Virus record (IMG/VR): IMGVR_UViG_3300037313_001722
Location: 1-59,478 of that record
DNA length: 59,478 bases
Direction: 5' to 3' (one strand)
Source of the DNA: a virus
Lineage: Duplodnaviria > Caudoviricetes
The translations under genes and the position numbers were made by a program. Positions 19,159 to 26,866 of the stretch are shown one piece after another; position 1 is the stretch's first letter; every line of letters begins with the position of its first letter. The notes below the pieces were generated by a model. That model searched no databases. It was not told the origin of the DNA and saw only the letters and a program-made list of their open reading frames with translations.

Positions 19159-21209
19159 CGGCCGAAGCTCTTGCCCGCGTAGAAGTCGCGGACGTCGGAG
19201 AGCTGGGTGGTGACCGGGAAGTCCGGGAGGGAGTTCACGATCGAGCGGCCGTAGGGGGTGCTGGAGAGCCGGGAGTCCAGCAGGGCCACCACGCCCCGGT
19301 CCTGCTTGGTCCGGATCAGACGGCCCACACCCTGCTCCAGGGTCAGGGTCATCATCGGGATGGCCAGGGAGCTGAAGGGCTTGCGGCCCGCCCGCTCCTC
19401 CGCCAGGGACCGCGCCGCGAAGATCGGGTCGGTCGGAACCGGGAAGGGCATCTTGTCGATGATCACCAGTCGGCAGGCCTCGCCCGGGACGTCCACGCCG
19501 ACGAAGAAGGACTTCAGGGCGAACAGGACCGAGTGCTCGTCCTCCTTGAAGATCTTCGCCAGCTCCTTGTTGGTCCGGCCGTCGCCCTGCATGAGGGTGG
19601 TCAGGCCCCGGTCCTCCAGGCGCTCGGAGAGGGCCTCGTGGGCCTCCCTCATGGCCTTGCGGGAGGTGAAGAGCAGGAGGGCGCCGCCCTTGGAGGTGTC
19701 GATCAGCTCCAGCGTGGTGGCGATGGACCAGGACATCCAGGCGTTGCGGTCCTTCGGGGTCGGAACGCTCGGGGCCGGGACGTACATCAGGGCCTGCTGG
19801 CCGAAGTCGAAGGGGGTGCCGACGTCCACCTGGTCCGCCTCGTACAGGCCCAGGGTCCGCTTGATGTAGTTGAAGTCCTTCGAGCCGTCCCGGTTCTTGC
19901 CCGCCGACAGGGTGGCCGACATGACGACCGAGGGGGTCCGGTCCCAGAGCATCCGCTTCAGCCACGGGCCGACGTTGACCGGCGCCACGCGGATCTTCCA
20001 GGCCTTCTCGGTGCTGTTGCGGACGTCGTTGACCTCGACCCAGCGGACCCGGTCGGCGTCCTCGGACAGGAGCATCTCCTCCAGGACCGCCATGGCGTTG
20101 GAGATGCGGGTCAGCAGCATCTTCTTCTTGGCCTGGAAGCGGGAGTTCTCGTCGCCCTCGGCCTTCACGCTCTGGATGTCCAGGCGAAGGGACTTCAGCA
20201 GATCCATCATGTCGGCGAAGGAGCCGAAGTGCTCCGCGAACCAGCTCAGGGTGAGCGCGCTGCCGCCGAGGGGGACCAGGAGCCCGGACAGGGACGTCAG
20301 GACCTCGCCCATCTTGTCCGAGCGGTGCTGGAGGTCGTGGCCGTGGATGGCCGCGAAGGTGGCGCAGTCGCGGGCCAGGAAACTCATGCCCCGGCCGTTG
20401 AAGTCGTTGCCGAGGGCGTTGGCCGCGTACTCCGGCAGCTCGTGGCCCTCATCGAAGAGCACCATGCCGTAGTCGCCCAGCATCTCCACCGGGCCGTTGT
20501 CGGAACCCTCGGTCTTCTCGCGGATGACCAGGTCGGTCATCAGCATGGCCTGGTTGGTGATGACCAGGTCGACCTGCTTGCCCCGGGCCTTGATCTTCTC
20601 CGCGTAGCAGACCTCGCCGAACGGGCACTCGGACTTGCCGGGGCACTCGTTGGAGGAGCTGGAGAGCTTGCCCCAGTCCATGTCGCCGATCTCGGCCTCG
20701 AAGTGCTCGCGGTCGCCGGAGTGCAGCTCGTCGGCCTCCAGCTCGGCCGAGATGGCCTCGGCCAGCGGGTTGCGCTCGTTGTCGTCGGAGCGGAGCTTGG
20801 CCAGACAGACGTAGTTCGACCGGCCCTTGACCAGGGCCCAGGAGAAGGGCTCGCCGTTCTCCTTGACGATCCCGGCCTTCTCCTGGAGGAACGGGATGTC
20901 CTTGTTGGCGTACTGCTCCTGGAGGGCCTTGGTGGCCGTGGCGACGACCACGCGGGTGTCCTGCTGGATGGCCTGGAGGATCATCGGGACCGTGCCACCC
21001 AGGGACTTGCCGGTGCCGCAGCCCGCCTGGACGAGCGCGTGGCGCCCGTTGGCCATGGCCACCTCGATAGCCGTCGCCATGATCTGCTGGGGCTTGCGGG
21101 GCTCGTAACCCGGCAGCTCCCGGGCGAAGTTCTGCTCGACCTCGGCCCACGTGGTGGGGCCCATCATGGTCTTGCCGATCTTCATGTCTTCGGTCGCGGT
21201 GACGGTCAT
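19155..21209 (-). CDS. dinG: DinG/YoaA-family Fe-S helicase
   Basis: QAGCGTGKS, KGRSNYVC, 4-Cys cluster, DEGH, MSATL, GVDVPG, QGVGRLIR. Confidence 0.95.
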   Translation of the reverse strand: MTVTATEDMKIGKTMMGPTTWAEVEQNFARELPGYEPRKPQQIMATAIEVAMANGRHALVQAGCGTGKSLGGTVPMILQAIQQDTRVVVATATKALQEQYANKDIPFLQEKAGIVKENGEPFSWALVKGRSNYVCLAKLRSDDNERNPLAEAISAELEADELHSGDREHFEAEIGDMDWGKLSSSSNECPGKSECPFGEVCYAEKIKARGKQVDLVITNQAMLMTDLVIREKTEGSDNGPVEMLGDYGMVLFDEGHELPEYAANALGNDFNGRGMSFLARDCATFAAIHGHDLQHRSDKMGEVLTSLSGLLVPLGGSALTLSWFAEHFGSFADMMDLLKSLRLDIQSVKAEGDENSRFQAKKKMLLTRISNAMAVLEEMLLSEDADRVRWVEVNDVRNSTEKAWKIRVAPVNVGPWLKRMLWDRTPSVVMSATLSAGKNRDGSKDFNYIKRTLGLYEADQVDVGTPFDFGQQALMYVPAPSVPTPKDRNAWMSWSIATTLELIDTSKGGALLLFTSRKAMREAHEALSERLEDRGLTTLMQGDGRTNKELAKIFKEDEHSVLFALKSFFVGVDVPGEACRLVIIDKMPFPVPTDPIFAARSLAEERAGRKPFSSLAIPMMTLTLEQGVGRLIRTKQDRGVVALLDSRLSSTPYGRSIVNSLPDFPVTTQLSDVRDFYAGKSFGR

Positions 21210-21228
21210 GTGGCCTCCTGGGGTCCGT

Positions 21229-21270
21229 CTCTCTGGCGTGCCTCAAACACTACACCAAGGATCCTTGTAG
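21229..21270 (-). promoter_or_regulatory. Early promoter/operator, copy 2 (divergent control region)
   Basis: CTACAAGGATCCTTGGTGTAGTGT...ACGCCAGAGA. Confidence 0.55.
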
Positions 21271-21437
21271 CGGAACCCCTTTTCGGGCCTTTTAAAAAGC
21301 AGAACCCCCCAAGGGATCCTTGGAGGGCTGCTTGCGGGGGTCCCCCTCGTACAAGGTACGATCCCCGGGTGAGCTGAAGGACGCCACATCCTCCAACTCG
21401 CAGTCCCCGACCGACTCTCACACCTGACGGGAACCGC

Positions 21438-22415
21438 ATGAAATTGTCCTGCGACGAGCGTACCCAAGATGCACCGCAGAGTCACGTTGACCTTGACGAC
21501 ATCAGGTCCGTGCTGTGGCACCACCCCGATGCTCTGGTCGAATGCGCCATGGCCGCGTCGATCGCCTTCAATCCCGAGCAGCGCGGCATGCGTTCTCTGG
21601 AGAGGTCGGCCAACACCGCCTTCCACTGCGTCCTGGAGACCCTCTCAACCGAGGCCTGGGGCCTGAGTCCCCACGGGCTGATCCAGACCATCGAGCGGGG
21701 CCGCTCCTGGGACTCCGAGGGCCGTGAGGTCGCCATCTACCGGCTGGCCCCCAAATCGGTGCGGCAAGGTGTCACCAAGCATCTAGACCTTAAAGACCCC
21801 CAAGACCTTGAAGGTCTGAAAGGCCTGAAGGCCTTCAAAGATGGTGACACCTTCGCGCACCGATTCTCGATCCCGGAGGTCAGGGCCCTCCTGGACCCGG
21901 CCCTGGACATCTGGAGTCGCGGTAAGGACCAGTTGGGCAAGGAGGGCTGGAGGGTCGCGATGCTCACCGGCCTGAAGACCCTGGAGATGTCCGCGAAGGA
22001 GTGGGCCGAGCTGGCCGGAGGGGCGGACAGGGCTAAGCGGCTGGCGAAGAAGCTCCTGGCCTACGGGAACGGCGCCTACGGGATCCTGACGAAGACCGGG
22101 AAGGCCAGGGCCACCCGGTACACCCTGGACTGGTCCGCACTCATGACCGAGCAGGTAGCCGAGATGTTCCTGCTTGACCAGCGCACCCGCGAGGGTCGGC
22201 TCCTGGTGGAGCACGCCGATGAACAGCGACGCATCGCCCAGCCCATGACGGCCGAGGAGATCCGGGCCGAGAAGGGTGAACAGCACGCCCAGGCCCTGCT
22301 GGCCGAGCTGGACGGCACCGAGACGGCCGAACACCGAGAGGACATCGAGCGGCTGGCCGAGAGCTACCGACGAGCCACCGTGGAGGACTGGACGCGATGG
22401 ATGGAGCGAGTGTGA
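21438..22415 (+). CDS. Winged-helix protein, candidate replication initiator
   Basis: wHTH-like MSAKEWAELAGG...LTKTGKARATRYTL; contains an internal repeat/inverted-repeat element. Confidence 0.55.
   Translation: MKLSCDERTQDAPQSHVDLDDIRSVLWHHPDALVECAMAASIAFNPEQRGMRSLERSANTAFHCVLETLSTEAWGLSPHGLIQTIERGRSWDSEGREVAIYRLAPKSVRQGVTKHLDLKDPQDLEGLKGLKAFKDGDTFAHRFSIPEVRALLDPALDIWSRGKDQLGKEGWRVAMLTGLKTLEMSAKEWAELAGGADRAKRLAKKLLAYGNGAYGILTKTGKARATRYTLDWSALMTEQVAEMFLLDQRTREGRLLVEHADEQRRIAQPMTAEEIRAEKGEQHAQALLAELDGTETAEHREDIERLAESYRRATVEDWTRWMERV
21754..21865. repeat. 24-bp inverted repeat enclosing 9-bp-period repeats (origin-like)
   Basis: AATCGGTGCG-gc-AAGGTGTCACCA ... TGGTGACACCTT-cg-CGCACCGATT; inner AGACCTTAA/AGACCCCCA/AGACCTTGA/AGGTCTGAA/AGGCCTGAA/GGCCTTCAA. 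Confidence 0.8.
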
Positions 22416-22684
22416 GAGTCAGAATCCCGAAGTGCGGTAAGCCGACGAGGACCACTGGCCGTCCGTGCATGAATCGGGCGGACTACTGCCACCTCCACAG
22501 GAACGTGCCCGGTGACCGCCTGCTGGAGGTCCTGGACAAGCTGGATGAGGGAGACCAGCTCCAGCTCCTCGCGGCCATCTCGGATCTGATCGAACCGGCC
22601 CGCAAGGCCATCAAGCGGGGCGAGATGGACAGGGCCCTGGAGGCCCTGGACCCGCTGGTCTTCCACCCGAGCGGCCAGGGCTGA
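22412..22684 (+). CDS. Small protein with C3H Zn-finger
   Basis: CGKPTRTTGRPCMNRADYCHLH; GTGA overlap. Confidence 0.7.
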   Translation: MRVRIPKCGKPTRTTGRPCMNRADYCHLHRNVPGDRLLEVLDKLDEGDQLQLLAAISDLIEPARKAIKRGEMDRALEALDPLVFHPSGQG

Positions 22685-22777
22685 ACTCACACCGATCTCA
22701 TAGCCGTCGGTACTTGACGACTTGACCATTTCAGGCAGTACATGGCGAGTAGGCACAGTCGATCACGAGGAGGACCA

Positions 22778-23611
22778 GTGCCCTACTCCCTCGGCCGGGT
22801 TGTCGAACACGACCCGCGCTCCCTCGCCTTTGCGCACGGCGTCCTTCCCCGGAGGGCCATCCAGTCGGTCCAGTGGAAGCGCCAGGCGCCCCACTTCAAC
22901 CAGGGCAACGTGGGGTCCTGCTCGGGCAACGCGCCCGCCGGTCTCATCGTGACCAACTCCCTCGGCCGGACCGGCGTCACCCAGGTGACCATCACCGACG
23001 AGCAGGCCGCCCGGACCAAGGGCGTCTTCACCGCCGGTACGCACACCGTGGACGAGGACTTCGCGGTGATGTGCTACGAGCTGAACACGCGCATCGACTC
23101 CTTCCCGGGCACCTACAAGCCGGACGACACCGGCTCCTCGGGCCTCGCGGCGGCCAAGACCCTCGTGCTCCTCGGGCTGGCCGACGTGTACACCCACGGC
23201 TTCACCCTGGGCGCCCTGGACTCGGCCCTCCAGAAGGGCCCGGTCATGGTCGGCACCGTGTGGCTCAACTGCATGTTCGAGCCGGACTCCAACGGCGTGA
23301 TCAAGCTCGACGTCTCCTCCCCCGAGGCCGGTGGCCACGAGTACGTCCTGTCCGGCCTGGACGTGGAGAAGGACCGCTACACCCTGGACAACTCCTGGGG
23401 CGAGGACTGGGCCGTCAACGGCCAGGCGTTCATCTCCCGGCAGGACATGAAGTGGCTCCTGGACCAGCAGGGCGACGTGACGGTTCCCCACATGCTCGGT
23501 ACGGACGCCCCGACCCCGCAGCCGACTCCGGTTCCCGTGCCGGTCCCGGCCGACGCGGACAAGGCTCTGGCCGACGCCATGCACACGTGGCTGGCCGCCA
23601 AGAGCCTCTGA
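22778..23611 (+). CDS. Papain-like (C1A) cysteine peptidase
   Basis: QGNVGSCSGNA (Gln/Cys), GGHEY (His), NSWGEDWAVNG (Asn); GGAGG RBS. Confidence 0.85.
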   Translation: MPYSLGRVVEHDPRSLAFAHGVLPRRAIQSVQWKRQAPHFNQGNVGSCSGNAPAGLIVTNSLGRTGVTQVTITDEQAARTKGVFTAGTHTVDEDFAVMCYELNTRIDSFPGTYKPDDTGSSGLAAAKTLVLLGLADVYTHGFTLGALDSALQKGPVMVGTVWLNCMFEPDSNGVIKLDVSSPEAGGHEYVLSGLDVEKDRYTLDNSWGEDWAVNGQAFISRQDMKWLLDQQGDVTVPHMLGTDAPTPQPTPVPVPVPADADKALADAMHTWLAAKSL

Positions 23612-23994
23612 TGTACACCTACTACGCGATCGTGCGGGGAGTCCACGACGGGGACACCGTGACCGTCGACCTCGACCAGGGACTCAACACCTGGCGGCAC
23701 AAGCTGTCCATGCGGCTGTACGGGTGCAACGCACGAGAGCTGTCCCAGCCGGGAGGACCGGAGGCCCGGGACAACCTGGCCGCCCTCCTCCCGGTGGGGA
23801 CTCAGGTGGTCGTCCACTCCCACAAGGTCGACCGGGACCTCTCCCCCGACAAGTACGGGGGCCGGTACGACGCCGAGATCACCCTGCCGGACGGCCGGGA
23901 CCTGGTGACCCTCCTGATCGAGGAGGAGTGGGCCGCCGCGTGGGACGGCACTGGTACCGCTCCGGTCCCGCCGTGGCCAAGGACCGCTATCTGA
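23611..23994 (+). CDS. Thermonuclease (SNase-like)
   Basis: VHDGDTV, RLYGCNARE, DKYGGR; TGATG coupling. Confidence 0.88.
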   Translation: MYTYYAIVRGVHDGDTVTVDLDQGLNTWRHKLSMRLYGCNARELSQPGGPEARDNLAALLPVGTQVVVHSHKVDRDLSPDKYGGRYDAEITLPDGRDLVTLLIEEEWAAAWDGTGTAPVPPWPRTAI

Positions 23995-24039
23995 ACGGCT
24001 CCTGACGGTGTGAAGGTCTAGACTCTCTCCAGGAAAAGC

Positions 24040-24078
24040 GAAACGGTCCCCGGCAGTCTGAGGGCGAGGGACCGTTTC
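24040..24078. terminator. Intergenic hairpin
   Basis: 11-bp stem GAAACGGTCCC/GGGACCGTTTC. Confidence 0.55.
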
Positions 24079-24141
24079 CAAGACAGAACACCGTGTCCGA
24101 GATCGAAGCACGCTGTCATCTACCTACCAGAGGGAGATTAC

Positions 24142-24408
24142 ATGACCTTCCCCGAACCCCGGGAGTACCCCGTCCGGATCGATGATGCGGGCCAGCCCTA
24201 CTTCAACCTGCCCTTCACGGCCTGGTTGATGGACATCGAGCCCGAGACCCTCAAGTTGGAGGCCAGCCTCAGCGGACCTGGTCGCCAGGACGTCAAGAAC
24301 CTTCCTACGGCCTGGATCATCCAGGGTCAGGAGAAGCGCAAGCGTCTGGCGGAGCGCGGCATCACCGACATGGACGACGTGATCGCGGCCTACATGAGGG
24401 GCGAATGA
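24142..24408 (+). CDS. Hypothetical protein
   Basis: GGAG RBS; coupled to the antirepressor gene. Confidence 0.65.
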   Translation: MTFPEPREYPVRIDDAGQPYFNLPFTAWLMDIEPETLKLEASLSGPGRQDVKNLPTAWIIQGQEKRKRLAERGITDMDDVIAAYMRGE

Positions 24409-25361
24409 TGAGCGAGATCCAGAAGTCCCAGAGCCCCTTCGACGCGTTGAAGCGCGTGGACGAGCGGGGCGAGTTCTGGATGGCCCGGGACCTGATGGGT
24501 CCGACGGACTACACGGACTGGCGTCACTTCCAGCGAGCGATCAACGACGCCCGCACGGCGATGACTCAGAGTGGCTATGACGTCGCCCAGCATTTTTCGT
24601 TGGCGCCGACGAAAAATGCTGACCAGGGGAAACGCGGTCGACCGGGCGTCGACTGGCGCCTGTCGCGTACAGCGTGTCACTTCGTCTTCCTGAACGGAGA
24701 CCCCCGGAAGCCGGGTATCGCGGCGGCCCAGCAGTACTTCGTCGTGCAGACCCAGTTCGCCGAGAACGTCCAGCAGGCGATGGCCTCCAAGGCCGCCGTC
24801 ATGCCGAACCACATCGAAGCCCTGAGGGGCTGGGCGGACGCCCTGGAGGCCCAGCAGAAGGCCGAACTCCAGGCGGCCGAGGCGAAGGCCGAAGCCGAGA
24901 TGCTCCGGCCCCCGGCGGAGGCCTGGAACGTCCTCGTGGAGGGCGCCGACGGCGACTACTCCATGGCGGAGGCCGCCGCGATCCTGAACCGGGACCCGGC
25001 CATCGAGACCGGCCAGAACCGGCTGCGGGACTGGATGATCAACAACCGGATGATGTACCGCCGGGGCCGGGGTCAGCTCGTGCCGTACTCCGAGCACCTC
25101 CCCCACATCCGGCTCAAGCCGCAGACCCGTCCGGACCACGACGCCGACGACCCGAGGGCCCGCAAGGAGGCCAACGCCCAGGTGCGGATCACGGCCAAGG
25201 GCCTCGCGTGGATACAGCAGCACATGCGGGATCAGACGAAGCCCGTGCTGATCCCCTCGCCCCGGGAGCCCGAGCCGGTCCACAAGGTCTCCAAGCCGCT
25301 GGACATGCAGGAGTTCCGGGCGAAGTACGAGCGCCTGAGAGCCCAGTTCGGCAACCAGTAA
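24405..25361 (+). CDS. Phage antirepressor (DinD/Bro-like N-terminus + KilAC domain)
   Basis: SPFDALKR...EFWMARDLM...NGDPRKP.IAAAQ.YF; YSMAEAAAIL...GQNRL...QVRITAKG. Confidence 0.88.
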   Translation: MMSEIQKSQSPFDALKRVDERGEFWMARDLMGPTDYTDWRHFQRAINDARTAMTQSGYDVAQHFSLAPTKNADQGKRGRPGVDWRLSRTACHFVFLNGDPRKPGIAAAQQYFVVQTQFAENVQQAMASKAAVMPNHIEALRGWADALEAQQKAELQAAEAKAEAEMLRPPAEAWNVLVEGADGDYSMAEAAAILNRDPAIETGQNRLRDWMINNRMMYRRGRGQLVPYSEHLPHIRLKPQTRPDHDADDPRARKEANAQVRITAKGLAWIQQHMRDQTKPVLIPSPREPEPVHKVSKPLDMQEFRAKYERLRAQFGNQ

Positions 25362-25422
25362 GATCTACTCGCGGTCCCGCCCCGGGGAACGGACACGCCC
25401 CGGGGTTGGGAGCCGTCCACGC

Positions 25423-25472
25423 GCACGACGAAGGCCCTGGACTCCACAAGTTGTCCAGGGCCTTCGTCGTGC
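25423..25472. terminator. 20-bp perfect hairpin, probable bidirectional terminator
   Basis: GCACGACGAAGGCCCTGGAC / GTCCAGGGCCTTCGTCGTGC between convergent units. Confidence 0.75.
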
Positions 25473-25850
25473 CCATTTCGGGACGGGGCGGTGCGTTCCC
25501 CGGCTTATGCGGACCCGGTCGATGGCATGATCCGGAGTCCACCCGCCTCGCCAAAGCCGGGCTCATCTCACGGATCGAACCGAGTCCCTTCCCTGCAACC
25601 TTTTCCGCAGCGGCGGGAGGCTGTAGCCCACCTAGCCGGATCCGACGGGGCCCAAGTCGGTCCTGCTGCTTGTGCCGGGGCGATACCTTCCCGGCACGTC
25701 TCGAAGTCTAGGTGCCCCGTTACGGCCACAGCCGGGGCCACGCTGTTGGAGAGATCAACGTCCATGCCAGCACAGACGTGGATATTGGCCTTGACGCGCA
25801 TCGTCCCCATCTGGGGGACATGAACCACAGCAATAGCTCTTGCGCATCCG

Positions 25851-25958
25851 TGCGGGACGGGGGATTCGCACCCCCAACAGGAAAGCCGGTAGACGGGACA
25901 TCCCGGCCCTGCGCGGTCCCTCCGAAGGATTCCCGTCCATGCGGAGGAGCCATCCCGC
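25851..25958 (-). ncRNA. tRNA-like module within the large RNA
   Basis: Acceptor-like GCGGGAT/GTCCCGC+A stacked on T-arm GGGGG-TGCGAAT-CCCCC; no canonical anticodon arm. Confidence 0.5.
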
Positions 25959-26164
25959 TCCCTTGGTCCTCGGGGGTGGTTTGAGCACCTCTGGGGACCG
26001 TTGTGCAATAACAACCGGAGGCGTGGCGCTCGACCTGTCCAAAGTTCCGCACGATGCCCGGTCTTCGGGCCCGGCGGGAACCCCGGATACAGATCCCCGC
26101 CGCACCACTTCCAGTCCGTACCGTACGTCCGGGGACTGGGGGTCCCCGCCGGACTAACGAGATG

Positions 26165-26194
26165 AAGGTACTCCAACGAATGCCGGAGTAGCAA
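26165..26194 (-). promoter_or_regulatory. Promoter for the candidate ncRNA
   Basis: TTGCTA-18 bp-TACCTT with an overlapping TACTCC/GGAGTA inverted repeat. Confidence 0.55.
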
Positions 26195-26205
26195 GTGGAT
26201 CAGGG

Positions 26206-26478
26206 CTACCGCGCCCGGAACGCCTCGTAGATGGCGTCCAGCCCCTTCTGGACCAACTCCCGATGGGTGGCGCCCTCTTCGTGCATGGCCGGAAGATCGA
26301 TGATCCACTTCGCCTTGATCTCCGAGTCCCCCTCCGGAGAGAAGGTCAGCTCGAAGATGACACCCTCGTCGTCCACGGCATAGCGGACGTTCAGCAGGAA
26401 CGCCCCCTTCCCGTACAAGGGTGACTTCTCGATCAGCTCCAGGACGTCCGAGAAGAAGTCGCTCACTTGCGCCGCCAT
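26206..26478 (-). CDS. Hypothetical protein
   Basis: Protein-like from MAAQVSDFF; GGAGG RBS. Confidence 0.7.
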   Translation of the reverse strand: MAAQVSDFFSDVLELIEKSPLYGKGAFLLNVRYAVDDEGVIFELTFSPEGDSEIKAKWIIDLPAMHEEGATHRELVQKGLDAIYEAFRAR

Positions 26479-26759
26479 GACGCCCTCCCGTCCTTGCAGC
26501 AGCACCAGCCGTCCATCATCACTCCGCCCCCTTGGTAGCCGTCCTCGAACTCCCCCTCGCACGGGCCGCAGCAGGGCCCCTTGTGGTGCTCAGACTGGCA
26601 CCAGTACTCGTCCCAGTCGGTCCGGGGAGCGAGCCGGTCACCGAAACGGGCGAACCAGCGGAGCTGGGTGGCCTTGCCGAACCGCCGCACGACGTCCGGG
26701 AGCTGGCCGTCCACCGGCGGGTGCAGGGGCTCGTACGCCGGGTCCTCCAGCGGGGTCAC
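26463..26759 (-). CDS. Cys-rich hypothetical protein
   Basis: AGGAGG RBS, GTG start; WCQSEHHKGPCCGPC...WCCC. Confidence 0.65.
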   Translation of the reverse strand: MTPLEDPAYEPLHPPVDGQLPDVVRRFGKATQLRWFARFGDRLAPRTDWDEYWCQSEHHKGPCCGPCEGEFEDGYQGGGVMMDGWCCCKDGRASWRRK

Positions 26760-26791
26760 GCATCCTCCTGATATCGTTAGGGTCTTCGCAT

Positions 26792-26836
26792 GGCCGGGTA
26801 AGGCGAGGCTAGGCGAGGCAAGGTGCGGCTTGGCAG
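26792..26836. repeat. Nine tandem GGYNN pentamers
   Basis: ggccg ggtaa ggcga ggcta ggcga ggcaa ggtgc ggctt ggcag. Confidence 0.8.
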
Positions 26837-26839
26837 GGA

Positions 26840-26865
26840 GAGAGGGGTCCTTAGGGACCCCTCTC
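26840..26865 (-). terminator. Hairpin directly after the SNF2 stop
   Basis: GAGAGGGGTCC-ttag-GGACCCCTCTC. Confidence 0.65.
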
Positions 26866-26866
26866 G

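Larger units (their letters stand above)
25423..26158 (-). ncRNA. Candidate large structured non-coding RNA (~700 nt)
   Basis: No credible CDS; promoter upstream, hairpin downstream, many helices, two T-loop hairpins. Confidence 0.65.

Noticed and set aside
16183-24098. SOS-box-like sequences at ~16183 and ~24085
   Set aside because: Mismatched or wrongly spaced relative to CGAAC-N4-GTTCG
25851-25958. Canonical tRNA, tmRNA or cobalamin riboswitch
   Set aside because: No standard D/anticodon arms, no G3-U70 or tag frame, no B12 box; kept only as tRNA-like
25491-26308. ORFs across the non-coding tract
   Set aside because: No RBS, no codon bias and no protein-like composition in any frame
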